DNA of 64,000 nucleotides, taken from the NCBI GenBank assembly GCA_022605425.2, contig CM061248.1, positions 1,116,001-1,180,000 of the forward strand. Direction: 5' to 3'. A program made the position numbers and the translations under genes. Below the pieces are notes generated by a model. That model saw only the letters and a program-made list of their open reading frames with translations. It was not told the DNA's origin and made no database searches. Numbering within the stretch: position 1 is the first letter of the stretch; the number at the start of each line of letters is the position of its first letter. Below are positions 51,100 through 63,544 of this stretch, piece by piece. This stretch comes from Hamiltosporidium tvaerminnensis FI-OER-3-3. Lineage: Eukaryota > Fungi > Microsporidia.

Positions 51100-53849
51100 A
51101 CATAACAAAAACATGCGGATACGAAATGAAAAAAGCTCTTTATTGTATTTTTAAATGAACAGAAATGTAAGATAATCTTTCAAATAATAAGTTTCTCATT
51201 TGTAGTGATTATTCTTATCAATAAGAACACATTTAATCAAAAAAAATATATTGAATAGCTTTTATAACATAAATATCTCTACAGAGTTCTAATTTAATTT
51301 ATGTATCAAAACCCGGATTAAGAAAATTATTTTCAAAAGTACACAAAGAAAACTTTAAAGTCAAAAAATCTTTGTATGATTTTATTAGATTCTAAAGATA
51401 TATCAGATCCAAATAAATCTCAATAAGCACATCGATTTCAATTTAAATTTTCTTACAGCAAATCTTTACAATTTTAAAAAATACAAGTAACTCAGTCCTA
51501 TATAATGAAAATTTTCCCCTGTAATATCAGTTGTATTTTCAATTTTTTTTTATTTAAATAACGGTATTCTATGAAAATTGGTATTAAATCGAGAGATAAT
51601 GGTATACTTGAATTATCATCACGTTTAAAAACCACGGTAGAATATTCTTCAAGATATTTCTTGCTTTATTCAGACTCTAAAATTGTTATCATAAGTAAAT
51701 ACATTTGTTTAAATACAAAAAGAATCATCAATCCTTTAGTTGGGTTATATTTTAATCTTGAGTATGAAAAGTCGTTCGTTGAATTTCTCAATAAATAATT
51801 TTATTTTGTAAACAAATGTTTTTTTGCTATTTTATTTTACAAATGAAGATTTTAAGATTTTATACACTAAAGCTAACTTAAATTTTTAAGCTGTAAAAAA
51901 ACTTGCATCAATTGCAGAACTTGAAAGTAAATTTTTTTAAGTAATAGTTAAGTTTTTGTTCGTATAATATATAACTAGTAGGTTTAAATTACAACTTATT
52001 GGGATTTATACAATAGTTCAAACGTGTAGAAAATATGTTATGAACTCAATCCTCGCTTTCCTATATATTTTAAATAACTTAAAGATTCAAGATGGTAACT
52101 GTAGTTTTTTTGTATTAAACGAGTATTGCCGAAATGCTGATATAGATATATTATATTTTTCTTTATAGATATACTAAATATGTCGAGAATTATGAAGCAG
52201 ATATTTTGAAAAATAGATGAAATGCTTTATGAATTTCAAATGTTTTGGTTATTGCGTTTAAAATTTCCTTCATGGTTTATAATACCCTATAAATTGCGTG
52301 AATGATATCTGGATGTTTTTTTTCTGCGTTTTCACGTTGAATTTGGTTGCTAATAGTATAATTTTTGTTACGATGGCGAGGTAAAACAAAAATTTATTTT
52401 TATAAATCATGATTATGGTTTTTTTTCCTAACAAATATTTAGCTGACTACCAATTTTTCATGAAATCATTTTAATTGCATATCTGTGTGTCTCTAAAATC
52501 TTCATTTTGAGAAATGAAATGTTTTCTTTTATTCCTATTTTTTTAGATTTTTTATAATGATCAAACCACTGTCGCTGTATTTTTCTTTGTGGCAAGAAAA
52601 AATAAAATGTTCCTGTAATTTTAAAATTCGTTTTTCATTCCTGTATTGCTTGTATATTTTGTGACACTTCCTATATTATTCTTACGTAATACATAATATG
52701 CTATCAAAATCTATTATTTCTTTATATTTCGAATTCACGTTTTAATACTTTAGATAACTAAATTTTTTTAATTACCTTTTTTTTCATCTTATTTATCGAC
52801 TTAGAGATCGTGAACTATTCTAAAATCGCAAAACTTTTAATTTCTTTATTCTAAAGCATTAATACTGTTCTTAGTCAAAATAATATTCACGAATTTCATT
52901 TATTAAGTTTGTAGAATTGAAATCAGGCGAGTTTAATTGAAGCAAATGCAAACCTAATATTTCTCATATAATTATATATGATTTTTTCTTAGTGAGATAT
53001 GAAAATTTCATTCGTGGCTTTCGGCTCTGGTGTTCAAACAGAAATATTTTTTTAGGCAAGAATTTGAATTTTATAAATTATCTAAAGCGTATCGTGGTTT
53101 TTTTTATCAATCACTCGTTACAAACATCAGCTTTATATAAAAAGTAGAAACTCTTAAAAATCCGAATTTCTTCGAAAAGATGGATTCAATAAGGAAATAT
53201 GATACATTAGATACAGCTATTCGTATAATATTTTATGGATACAACTTTCGATTTAAATTTCCTCAAAATAATTTATAAACTTAAATTTAAGAATATTGAA
53301 TCCGTTATTTTGATTTATTTGACAAATTAATTCTAATAGATTCATTCATGTAAATACTTCAAAGAATTTTCAAAAATTATAAACTATGATATAAAAGATG
53401 AACTATAAGCTTAAAAGTAAAATATTCCCGTCATACTCTCAGAAATAAACAAAATATTGTTTTTCAATAACAAATAAAAATTTTCTTGGGAAAATCATAG
53501 GCTATAGAGGAATTTGTAAGAATTTTGAGGTTTTGATTAAATAAATTATAATATTTTTTAATAAAACAAATAGTAATTATAATTTAGATGTTGAATTGCT
53601 TTAGAATGTATTTTCTTTTGAGAAAAACTTGGTTACATTAGTCAAATACATGTTCAAACGGAAATAAACCACTTATAATTTTAACAATCCTTATAACTTT
53701 AAAGTGTATTATTTGGTTTTTTTACCTATATTTAAAAACCGTTCTAATTTTTCTTTTCGAATTTCTTTTAAAGTAAAAATAAATTGGTAATTTCCCTACT
53801 CCTTTAAAAATCCGTATTGCATTCCTTTAAAATAAAGGAAATTTTAGTT

Positions 53850-54565
53850 AATATATAACATTTTTTAAAAAACAGCTGCACATTTTGGATTTTTTTCGTG
53901 GTATTTTATTGTTCTGGATTCTACATATAAATTCTCACCGATATTCCATCAATATCTCTTACGATCCTAGATCCTCGGGTTTTCCATCTAGGAATTATGT
54001 AGGGCTTAATTAAGCGGCGAGGCATTTTCCGAGTGTTTGTTAATGTTTACTGCCTTGTATCTGACGGTAGGGTGAAACCCAACCTATTTCCAAGACTATG
54101 CAGCCTTTTCATTTACCCTGCACCTTTCAAACTCAATATACTTCCAGCCATTATCTATTTCGGCCACTTACATGATGTTTTCACAGACAGGTAATGTTAT
54201 ATTGACAAATTTAACCTGCTACTTTGCTATCCTGAGTTTAAAGGATTATATTTTTATATACCCGTGCGCTAATTTTTCTAACGCGAGTAAAAAGGCTAGG
54301 TTTCCAGGCTTTTACATAGCAATTGCCTAGAATCTAAGCAGAGGAAGGCGATCTTGTTACATAAAAAACTACAAAATGAATTTTAGAAAAGGATTTACTC
54401 TATCGTTGATTTCTCTTCACTCTAAAAACTTCCTTAGAACGACCGAAAATCCAGATTGGTTTTATTCCCACAAAAATCCAAAATATGATTTCATATTACA
54501 GCTTCACCTAATCATTACCAAGCAGATGGTTCTTAATGCGGTCAATCCCTTTCTTATTACCTCTT
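53850..54565 (+). repeat. ~700-bp dispersed repeat family, copy (h)
   Basis: TTTTTAAAAAACAGCTGCA..., ACTTACATGA...ACAGACAGG, TAACCTGCTACTT, AGGCTAGGTTTCCAGGCTTTTACATAGCAATTGCC, ATCTTGTTACATAAAAAACTACAA and ATTACCAAGCAGATGGTTCTT are collinear with 33245-33943. Confidence 0.8.
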
Positions 54566-56017
54566 TCAAAAATATTAATTAAATTTAATTTATCAAATTA
54601 AAATATTAATTAGTGCACAAATATACTGTAAAAAAATATTTTTATATAGATATGTTCTATTTTAACAGAAAAAGTCACTGAAATTTCTTTATATTGCGAA
54701 AAACTTTGTAAGATGATATAAAAAAGACCCGATTTTTATTTTTTCTTTTTTTAATGTATTTTCAAAAACCTACATTTCTTCTACTTTCATTCAATTTCTA
54801 CCATACAAATCGCAGTGTATTATGTTTAATGCTCTATATAAAATATTTTATTTGCATTTCAATCATTGGTTACAATTTTTTTACGAGAAACCAACGAAGT
54901 GAAATGGTAAATATTGCAACGTTGGTATATTTATTTTTTTATTAGCAATTTAGTCCGATATCTTGCAAAGATTTATAAAGTATCCAGATAACAATTTCAA
55001 TATTATAGTTCGTGTAAATGATTACTTACGAAAATTAAACTCTTTTTGCTAATATGTTTTGAATGTTTGCATGCACGATTTATTATTCGAAATGAATTGA
55101 AAGGTTTAGGAGCATATAAAAAGGTTGAAATTTTTATTTAGCTATCTTCAAATGTTAATAACTTTCATTTATTGGTCAAAAATTGGTTTCAGTTTATTGG
55201 TTAGACAATTATTTCTAATTGACGAAAAATACTTTTTTATTTTTGAAATCTTTTTCAATATTGATTATCGAATAGTATGCACAAAAGCTGAAGAAAGAGC
55301 GAAATTATATTAGGAATATCTTGAGTTATTCGAATTAGGGTATACAAATATAAACAACGATAATTTCTTAAAAGCAAGCTTTCTATAAACTAGAGCATCC
55401 GAATAAAATCATTTACGTTTTTTTTGTTCAAAATCTCGAAAATATTTTTTTGGTAAATATTAAGGATATAACTTTGTAGAATTCAGAGAATTCTGTGTTT
55501 TTAATTATTTCAGCAAATAAATTTTCGCACTTCTAAATAACTCATTTAAATTAAGTATAATTTTTTAAACATACCATGAGATCTACCTATATTTTTCTAT
55601 TCGAATTTTTATATCTTTCATTAGATAAATGCTTTTTCCAGCCATATTCTACCGCTCGATTTTTAATATTAACTTTCTACAACACCAAAGTATTGTGTCA
55701 CGGATCAGTGTCCCAGCATTTCTAAGGTCGATCTTCTTTACCGGAAAACAGATTTTAAGGTTTAAATCATTTCAAAATCCACAAATTCTATGGTTTTTTC
55801 TTTAAAATCTTTTCGTTTTATGTTTCCTATTCATAGACCATTTTCATACTAGCTAAGTGATTTTTATGGCAATCATTTACTTTTAAATAAGTTTCCTTTG
55901 ATTACTTATAATGCAGAATCATCGAGGTATGTTCATAGATTCTAGAAGTAATTTAACGAATATTAATTGATTAATTTAATTTAAAACCAATTTAATAATA
56001 TACAAAATAAATTATAT

Positions 56018-56028
56018 TCCCTAAATTA
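56018..56028 (+). promoter_or_regulatory. Microsporidian-type CCC motif upstream of the start codon
   Basis: CCCTAAATTA-ATG after an AT-rich tract. Equivalent CCC/GGG motifs precede ATGs at 8310(-), 34519, 37135, 42587(-), 45665(-) and 48762. Confidence 0.6.
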
Positions 56029-58374
56029 ATGAAAAAAAATGATTTAAATATTTCATCTGTTCTCATAAAATTTTTACTGATACGATTTTCTGGTATATTT
56101 AGTAGAAAGATAGTGTTCTACTACATCGAAACTACAAGTATTATAAATGAAAAGAAATTTAATAAAAATGAAGTTTTATATGAATTTGAAATAACAAACA
56201 ATAAAATTTTAAAGAAATTCAAATATGTATATCTTCTAAAAGATGAAACATTACAATGCAAAACGAAAAAAGACAAACTGGCTTATTATTCACCAAAAAA
56301 AATAGAAATATCTAGTCAAGACTTAATTATCGATATATTTATGAGTGAAGAGGAAAAAAAAAATGCTCAAGATTTTAGGAAATTTATTGGACGAATTAAA
56401 GAAAATGTATTGCTTAGGTTTATAAAATATATTACGGTTAAGGACACGATTTTACATGTTGGAATCGAAGAATTAATAAATATTTTACTACTTTTGGAAA
56501 CTCTTGAGATTAAAATGACAAAAAATAATACTTTATTTCTAAAATTCTTATCTTTCCATAGTTTAATGAATCCTAATTTTGATTTTAAACCTATAGAAGC
56601 ATTGCAAGAAAACGATAAATATAAAAGTATCTATAATGCTTCGGTTTTAGAATATTTTTACCGGGTATTCCGTAAATTTGTTTACATTAGTGACGTTCAT
56701 TCGTTATTTCTAACTTTAAAAAATGAAGCTTTAATTTGCGAAAAAGACTCTATATTATCATACGAAAAATATGTATTTCGAAAGAAAAATCTTATGAAAA
56801 GCAATATTTTTCGTATTTCAAGCTTGGAAATATCCAAAATCGAAAAAATTTTAAATATGACATGGTATATGAAATCTTGTATTTTCTTTGTTAAATATTT
56901 GAAAATCGATATATTCTTGTGCCGCATAAATCAAAAATGTCCAGGTGAGTGTATTTTGAACTTTATTAATTTAGTAAAACCAGATGAGCTTAGCAAGTTA
57001 ATTTTAATAGACGAATCTTACACAAAATCTATATTTGAAGCCTTCGTAAACTTTGGATATTTATATAGTACAAAATTTGTGAAAATTATTTGCAACTTAA
57101 CTTTAATTGAGATACGATTGGTTTTACAACATTGTGCAAATATCAAAACATTGCATCTAAAAGGTTATCAGGGGAATTATGATATCCTATTTGAATTGTA
57201 TTGTTATGCCTTGACAAATAATAATATTTTTATAAAATACAAACCCAGTTCTTTCGAGATTCAATGTATAAAAGAAGAAAAAATAGAGAAGCTACCTCCA
57301 AACCTTGCTTTCTATGTCAAAAATCTTCAATATGAAAATGCATCGTGCGAATCCTGTTATCTGATTTCATTGGGTCACTATAGAACATGCACAATGGAAT
57401 ATAGAAGCAACTTTGATATTAAAGGGTATAAATTAGGATTTAAGCGCTGTTTAAATTTAAAAAATATTTTAGTTTTCGGCTCTCCGGGATCTGGTAGATT
57501 TGGACTAAATAAAAAGATTTTAAAATACATCAATAAAATCCCGAAACTAAGCTCAATTTGTTTTAAACAAATTTTATTTACAGAAAACGAATTAAATTTC
57601 TTATTAAAGTCGGATAGAATAGATTTTTTGAAATTAGACAATATTGAGTTTCAGAATAAAAAATTTTCAAAATACAATACATGCAATTCCTCTCTTCGTG
57701 GATTAACAATAAGCCACACCACTAAAACTTTTGATTTAGATTTTTTATACTTTCTTTCACTATTCAGCAATATTGTCTTTCTGAAAATTTATATTTTTCA
57801 AGTTGATTTAAATTTAAAAACAGAGCTTTATAAGCAGTTTCCTAAAAAAATCTATATTAAGCGAGAAAAACATTTGCCTGAATTAGATTATTTAAATATT
57901 TCTACGAGTTATGATATAAAAGTTTCTTTTCCTATTTTATTTGCTCTCTCACATGTTTTTGATCTAAGTAATCTACAAATATTGATATTATTTATTTATG
58001 ATTTGGATGAATTAGATATAAAAATACTTTCTCACATCACTAATTTAGTTGATATTTCAGTATATTTCGATAAGAGAGATATAAAAATTAATCTTAAAAA
58101 CTTTAATAAAGTCATTCAGAAAAATAGAATTTACAAAATTTCTATAAGTGTCTATGATTTGTGTAAAGAGTGTATTAATTGTCTAATCCACATGAAAAAC
58201 ATCAAGTCTGTTTATTTTATGTTTGAATTTATTACCAAAGAGAATCTAAATTTGTTAAAAAAATTTAAGTTAGTTGGTAGAGATAATATAAAATTTCATT
58301 GTACAAACGATATTATATGGTCATCAGAAATAATTGGCAGTTGTAAGGAAATGGGGATTTTTTTGGATGTTTAA
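56029..58374 (+). CDS. Intact SP/LRR-like family protein (781 aa), candidate secreted effector
   Basis: Hydrophobic leader (SSVLIKFLLIRFSGIFS) then RKIVF; LRR-like repeats (IPKLSSICF, IDFLKLDNI, SLRGLTISH, LPELDYLNIS, LSNLQILIL, ITNLVDISV). Confidence 0.85.
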   Translation: MKKNDLNISSVLIKFLLIRFSGIFSRKIVFYYIETTSIINEKKFNKNEVLYEFEITNNKILKKFKYVYLLKDETLQCKTKKDKLAYYSPKKIEISSQDLIIDIFMSEEEKKNAQDFRKFIGRIKENVLLRFIKYITVKDTILHVGIEELINILLLLETLEIKMTKNNTLFLKFLSFHSLMNPNFDFKPIEALQENDKYKSIYNASVLEYFYRVFRKFVYISDVHSLFLTLKNEALICEKDSILSYEKYVFRKKNLMKSNIFRISSLEISKIEKILNMTWYMKSCIFFVKYLKIDIFLCRINQKCPGECILNFINLVKPDELSKLILIDESYTKSIFEAFVNFGYLYSTKFVKIICNLTLIEIRLVLQHCANIKTLHLKGYQGNYDILFELYCYALTNNNIFIKYKPSSFEIQCIKEEKIEKLPPNLAFYVKNLQYENASCESCYLISLGHYRTCTMEYRSNFDIKGYKLGFKRCLNLKNILVFGSPGSGRFGLNKKILKYINKIPKLSSICFKQILFTENELNFLLKSDRIDFLKLDNIEFQNKKFSKYNTCNSSLRGLTISHTTKTFDLDFLYFLSLFSNIVFLKIYIFQVDLNLKTELYKQFPKKIYIKREKHLPELDYLNISTSYDIKVSFPILFALSHVFDLSNLQILILFIYDLDELDIKILSHITNLVDISVYFDKRDIKINLKNFNKVIQKNRIYKISISVYDLCKECINCLIHMKNIKSVYFMFEFITKENLNLLKKFKLVGRDNIKFHCTNDIIWSSEIIGSCKEMGIFLDV

Positions 58375-60183
58375 TCAGATTTAAGATATTTATAGAAAAA
58401 ACTTGGTTTTATAAAAAAGATCTTTAATAAAGCAAATTTAGGATCATTTACTCGCTGTTAAAAAGAAATTATGAGTAATAGGTGCTTTAAATTGAATATA
58501 ACCCGATTATTTAAGTTATTAACAGAAAACAACTGCTATTTTTCTTAAAGCGTAGCAGCTATTTTCTACTTCGTAAATTAACCATACCCTGATTTGAAAT
58601 ATTAGCTTTTGATTTATAAAATAACATATTCACCCAGTAAATCTAGAAACAATTGGTTCAGTGCTTGTAACATCTATTATTTGTATTAGGAAACTAATTT
58701 GAAGGCTATCAAAGTTAAAATAGAAAAATTATTCGATTTTGATTTTTTTAAATAAAATAGCACCATTCAAAAATCTAAAAAATTGAATTCGCATTTATTT
58801 TTACTGTCATAGTATATATTGTATTACAAAATCAACAGTAATTTCTAAATATTTTGTTTTAAACAAACTCTTTCTTTTAAAGCTTAAAATGATGCAAAGT
58901 ACAACAGATTACTAAAGTTTGAGTTCTTTTTTTATTTAGAAATATCTCTTTGATGGTGTAAAATGCTTCTATACTTTACTAAGATCCTAAATTTAAAATG
59001 TTTGTAAAAAAGTAACAACTTTTTGATGGATTCTTTGCCTTTATAACAGCCCAAAAACTATTTAAATTACCAATAAAGTAACAATTAAGTTTTCCGCATA
59101 TTGGTATAATCGATTTAACAAATTATCTGTTTTCAAATACCATAGTTAAATGATTATAAAAATTTTAAAAACTTGGCCTTACGATGCCTCTTCATCAGTA
59201 TCGTGGCCAAAAGATTAAAAAAATATATAAATCTTATAGAAATACAATAATCATTCTTATCATAATAATATCTTAGGACTTAAAATGGCAATATTACGTA
59301 CAAAAAACCAAGCATGAAAACACTTATAAGATTTTATAAAAATATGTTGAAGGGGACTGAATCTGTTTAATTATGCTTACCAGCTGAATTTGTCCTCTTA
59401 TCGTCAAACTTTTTGTTAATATACATCAAGAAAATACCTGAAGAGAATTAATAAAGCGAATAACTTTATAAAATATTTCTTATTGTTTATAAATTCATAA
59501 ATTATTATAATAATGTATTTTCTAGCCTAATTCCAATTAAACTTTATGAATGTTCATCTAACTAAAAGATATAGAAAAAACTATTAAATTCTTGTATAAA
59601 GTAAAACCCATTAAAAACAATCTAAAAAGAACTATTTATCTTTAATTTTAATAAGTCGTTATTTTAAATATAAATTAAAAATAGCAAAAAAATATTAGGA
59701 TATTTTCAAATTGCTCGAAATTTGAGCCATGATACATCTTTTACAAAAGAAAAGAGAAAAAACCCAATAATTATATAAAACAATTACATTTATAGTGTAA
59801 AGAATAAAGATTTCTTTTGTTTAAAAACAATGATCTTCAAAATATAAATTGTTACATCAATAAAACATTTAAGTGTTCATTGCTTTAAAAAAATATTTTT
59901 TTGTTAAAAATACACATCTTAATGGTTATAATTTTAAGCTAAAAATATATTAAAACAGTTTATAAATTATTAAAAAGTTTCTTCGGTATATGAAATCTTT
60001 AAGAACAATTCCTTGTTCAATTGGATCATTTAATCTTAAAATATTCTTTATTCAATATTTTTTTACCATTTTGAGAAAAAAAATTAATTAATTATAATAA
60101 TATCTTGTATAAAAAAAATATTTTTCTTATCTATAATTTATTAAATTAATTGAATATTTAAATAGCGACTTAAAAATATTTTT

Positions 60184-60966
60184 ATGAGCAGTTATGATGT
60201 GTTGAAAAAAGATATATGTTTAGATGTTCTTCCTGAAGATATAATTATTGGAACTAAACGAGAAAAAAAGATGAATAAATGTATCTTTTTCTGGATATTG
60301 TCTTTTACGCAAATTATTTTTATCGGTGCATTCATTTTATTTCTATCCTATATATACAAGTATGACATTGCGATAGAAATGAGTATAAAATATTTTGTAT
60401 ATATTACGATCATCAATTCGTACTTTTATATAAAAAATATAAAAGAAGACATTGTTGCTATCACACTAATAAGATATACATTTATGAATATCATAAATTT
60501 TTTTGTAATATTTTTCGATTATAAATTAAGCTTCTTGATAAACACTGGCAGTAATTTATATCCAGAAAAACATTTTACATCGACAAAAGTCTCTATATTT
60601 TTGATGTTCTTTTTGTGGCTATCACTTTGTAATGTTTATTTTTATTCAAAAGAAATAAAAAAATATATAAATATAAGAAAAACTTCTACGTTCATATTTT
60701 GCGTACTTTACACACTCGAAACCTTTATTATGTTGGAAATGAAGGTTTTGGATGTTTTAGGTCTAATTGATAGATCAAATACATATCATATTGTTTCATT
60801 TTTAATAATTATACTATCAAAACTCGTGTTTATCATGTTTGATGTGATAGATAATTGCAAACTTAAGTCTATTATTGTTCCGGTAATCTTCATCTGTTTG
60901 TATTTTTGGGATATATATAAAATGGCGTTTTTAGAATGGAAAAGCTGGATAAATTCTAATAAATAG
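60184..60966 (+). CDS. Hypothetical multi-pass membrane protein (~7 hydrophobic segments)
   Basis: Intact 260-aa ORF with repeated hydrophobic segments; similar size and architecture to 44850..45665. Confidence 0.7.
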   Translation: MSSYDVLKKDICLDVLPEDIIIGTKREKKMNKCIFFWILSFTQIIFIGAFILFLSYIYKYDIAIEMSIKYFVYITIINSYFYIKNIKEDIVAITLIRYTFMNIINFFVIFFDYKLSFLINTGSNLYPEKHFTSTKVSIFLMFFLWLSLCNVYFYSKEIKKYINIRKTSTFIFCVLYTLETFIMLEMKVLDVLGLIDRSNTYHIVSFLIIILSKLVFIMFDVIDNCKLKSIIVPVIFICLYFWDIYKMAFLEWKSWINSNK

Positions 60967-63472
60967 TATTTTATCTAAGCTAGGACAAGTTGATATTAAA
61001 GTTAATTAACCATAGTATTTTTTACTTCAAATCATACAAGAAATTCTTATTATGATTTTATAAAATATCTATTTTTTTTGATGATGATCACGATAAAATT
61101 CTTGCTTATTATTTCTAAACCAAAGCTAAAAGTTATATTCTAATTGTTTGAAATAAAATATTCTTTTTGTGCAAAAACTGTTAGCTTAATATAAAAAGAA
61201 ATAAAATCATGAGCCGACCTGATAAAGTATATAACAGAAATAAATACTCATCCTAAGAACTTTTTCCAGCAATTTTCCTTCTTTTTTTCTCCATATACCA
61301 GAACAAGGCTTCTGTCACCAAGCTAAACAAGCAATAACACAAAAATATAAGTATCACCTATTGCTCTTGCCTTATACACTACCCTATTCTTTAGTTGAAG
61401 TCTCTAAGCTGAGCCAATAGGCGAAATGACAAACCCTTGTATTTTAACTATCATAGAAAGAAAAAATGCTAATGGAATCGCGGGCACTACTTAATTTTAA
61501 CTGTAAACCCATGCAAATTTCCTCGAATTCTCTTTTTTTGCCCCACAAAAAAGTTTTGCAAGAATTGCATGTATATGGATAAACATGGTGTAAAGGTACT
61601 ACACGATGAATTTGTTTTGGGCATAACTCTTGATATTTCAAAAAATTAGACAATATAGTGAAAATAGAAGACCTGAAGAGAATAACGGGAGATGAAGAAT
61701 TGCAAATTGTCTTTCTGGTTCATGCTCTCTGACTAATAACACGTAAACTACATAATCCTTATCCATAAGTATTCGAATAAAATCAAGTAAAAAGTAAATG
61801 CGAAAAGTGGTGAATAGTGTAGGTGCAAATGCACTAATGATGAAAAATTATATATCTGATAGATCTAAATGATATAATTATGCAAAAATTAAGTCCTGGG
61901 TCAATTGCAGTCACACAAATATTCTAAAACGTAAAAACAAGCAAATAAAAGTTTAGACTCGCTTGGAAAGAAAACTTAGAAAAAAAGAATTTTAACGTTA
62001 GCACATTTAAAAAAATTGAAAAAGCACGACTAGAGAAGAAGATTGACGCATAAATAAAGACCACCAAACAAATCATCTAAAAATTGTTTTTAATTTTAGT
62101 GGTAAAGTGGTCATTCTGAAGAGTAATTAAGAGAATAGTTCATAATATTTATACATAAGCATCACTTGTATGAAAGTGTGATGCAATTCCGAAAACAGAA
62201 TCGAATGTTTAAGTTGTTCCAAGATCAATTTTTACTCGCTAATCCGGACTTTGAGATCCAAGTATGTGTTTTCTGTGATAAAATTATGAGTTTTGGCCAT
62301 GTTTACATCAAGAACCAATTCAATTTCGCATACGAAAATACCTGGTACTACACAGAACAAATACTCTTACCTTTGTTAACATATCCCGATAAATCCATAG
62401 GCAGAATTAATTGACTTTTCATTTGAAAAATTGCAAGAGTTTATAGACTCAGAATTTCTGTATCAAGATGCTTTCGACTTATAAAATATCTTTATTATAT
62501 TGTCAAATCTATATATTTAAGAAGAACATCACCCAGGTTGTTTAGTTTTGCTTCGTCTAAAGTATTTTATCCTGATAGAAACTTTACAAAGAAGTAGTTA
62601 TTACAGAGCAATAACTTATTTTCGAACCTTTACGTGTATACGAAATAATTAATGCAGTAGGATTAGATTGAAGCGGAAAAAAAAGTTTGCCAACTGAAAA
62701 CCAAAAGAGAGGTAATAAATGTCAGGGAGCAAAAAAACAAGTTTATTTACATTTCGATCGGAAACCTATATGCATATTCGAAAGAACAATTTTAGATAAA
62801 ACCAAGTCAAAGATATAAACGATAATGCTTATTTAATAAAAAGTTTTTTTAATAAATGCACTTTTATTGAAACTTGAAATTTCAAAAGGCAAAAATATAA
62901 AATTGTTTTCAAAAAGCCGAGACAAAACACATCAACAAGAAAATTATTAGAGAGATTCGGGAAGCAGATATTTTTAGTTCTGATTTCTTGTGCCATGTAT
63001 AAAATTCATTAAATAGCCAAATTAAAGATATCTACAAAGAGGAGAGACGTACACATGCGGATCCCAAAACAAATATTTATATGTCATTTTTTAATTATCA
63101 CAAGCAACATGCAGTCTATAGCGATACAGTGGTCTAATGACAAATATGATACAAGATTTCTTGTATAAAAACATAATATAACAAAATTAACTAAGCGGCG
63201 AGCATATATGTTTTAAAGAGACCTTTACTGATCTAAAGCGAATCAAGTGCTAACAAAAATTACAGAGTAGATAAGATAGAATATTATACTTAACACGGTA
63301 TAGTTTACTAAATTAAAAATAGAAGTTTAAGCCTAGTATTTTAAATGCTGTGCTACCAACTTTAAGTCAAGAATTTTTTATGCTCTTTCCGAACATTCAA
63401 TAGCATTAATAAACTATCGGGTGAAAATATTAAGAACAAGACGACAAATTTCGCAGAGTTATATAAATGGAT

Positions 63473-63544
63473 AGTCTAATGGCCTAATGGAGAGGATATC
63501 GTAATTTGCTTCTCAGGGGCATAGTTCATTCCCCGGTTGGTGCA
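63473..63544 (+). tRNA. Degenerate tRNA-like sequence (tRNA-Gly-like pseudogene)
   Basis: 72 nt with A-box-like TGGCCTAATGG, degenerate B-box AGTTCATTCCCC, and 3' end CCGGTTGGTGCA typical of tRNA-Gly. The acceptor and anticodon stems pair poorly. Confidence 0.3.

Noticed and set aside
61230-62600. Possible decayed membrane-protein gene (-) and hAT-like transposase remnant (+, 62166..62414)
   Set aside because: Similarities are too weak to call without a profile search.
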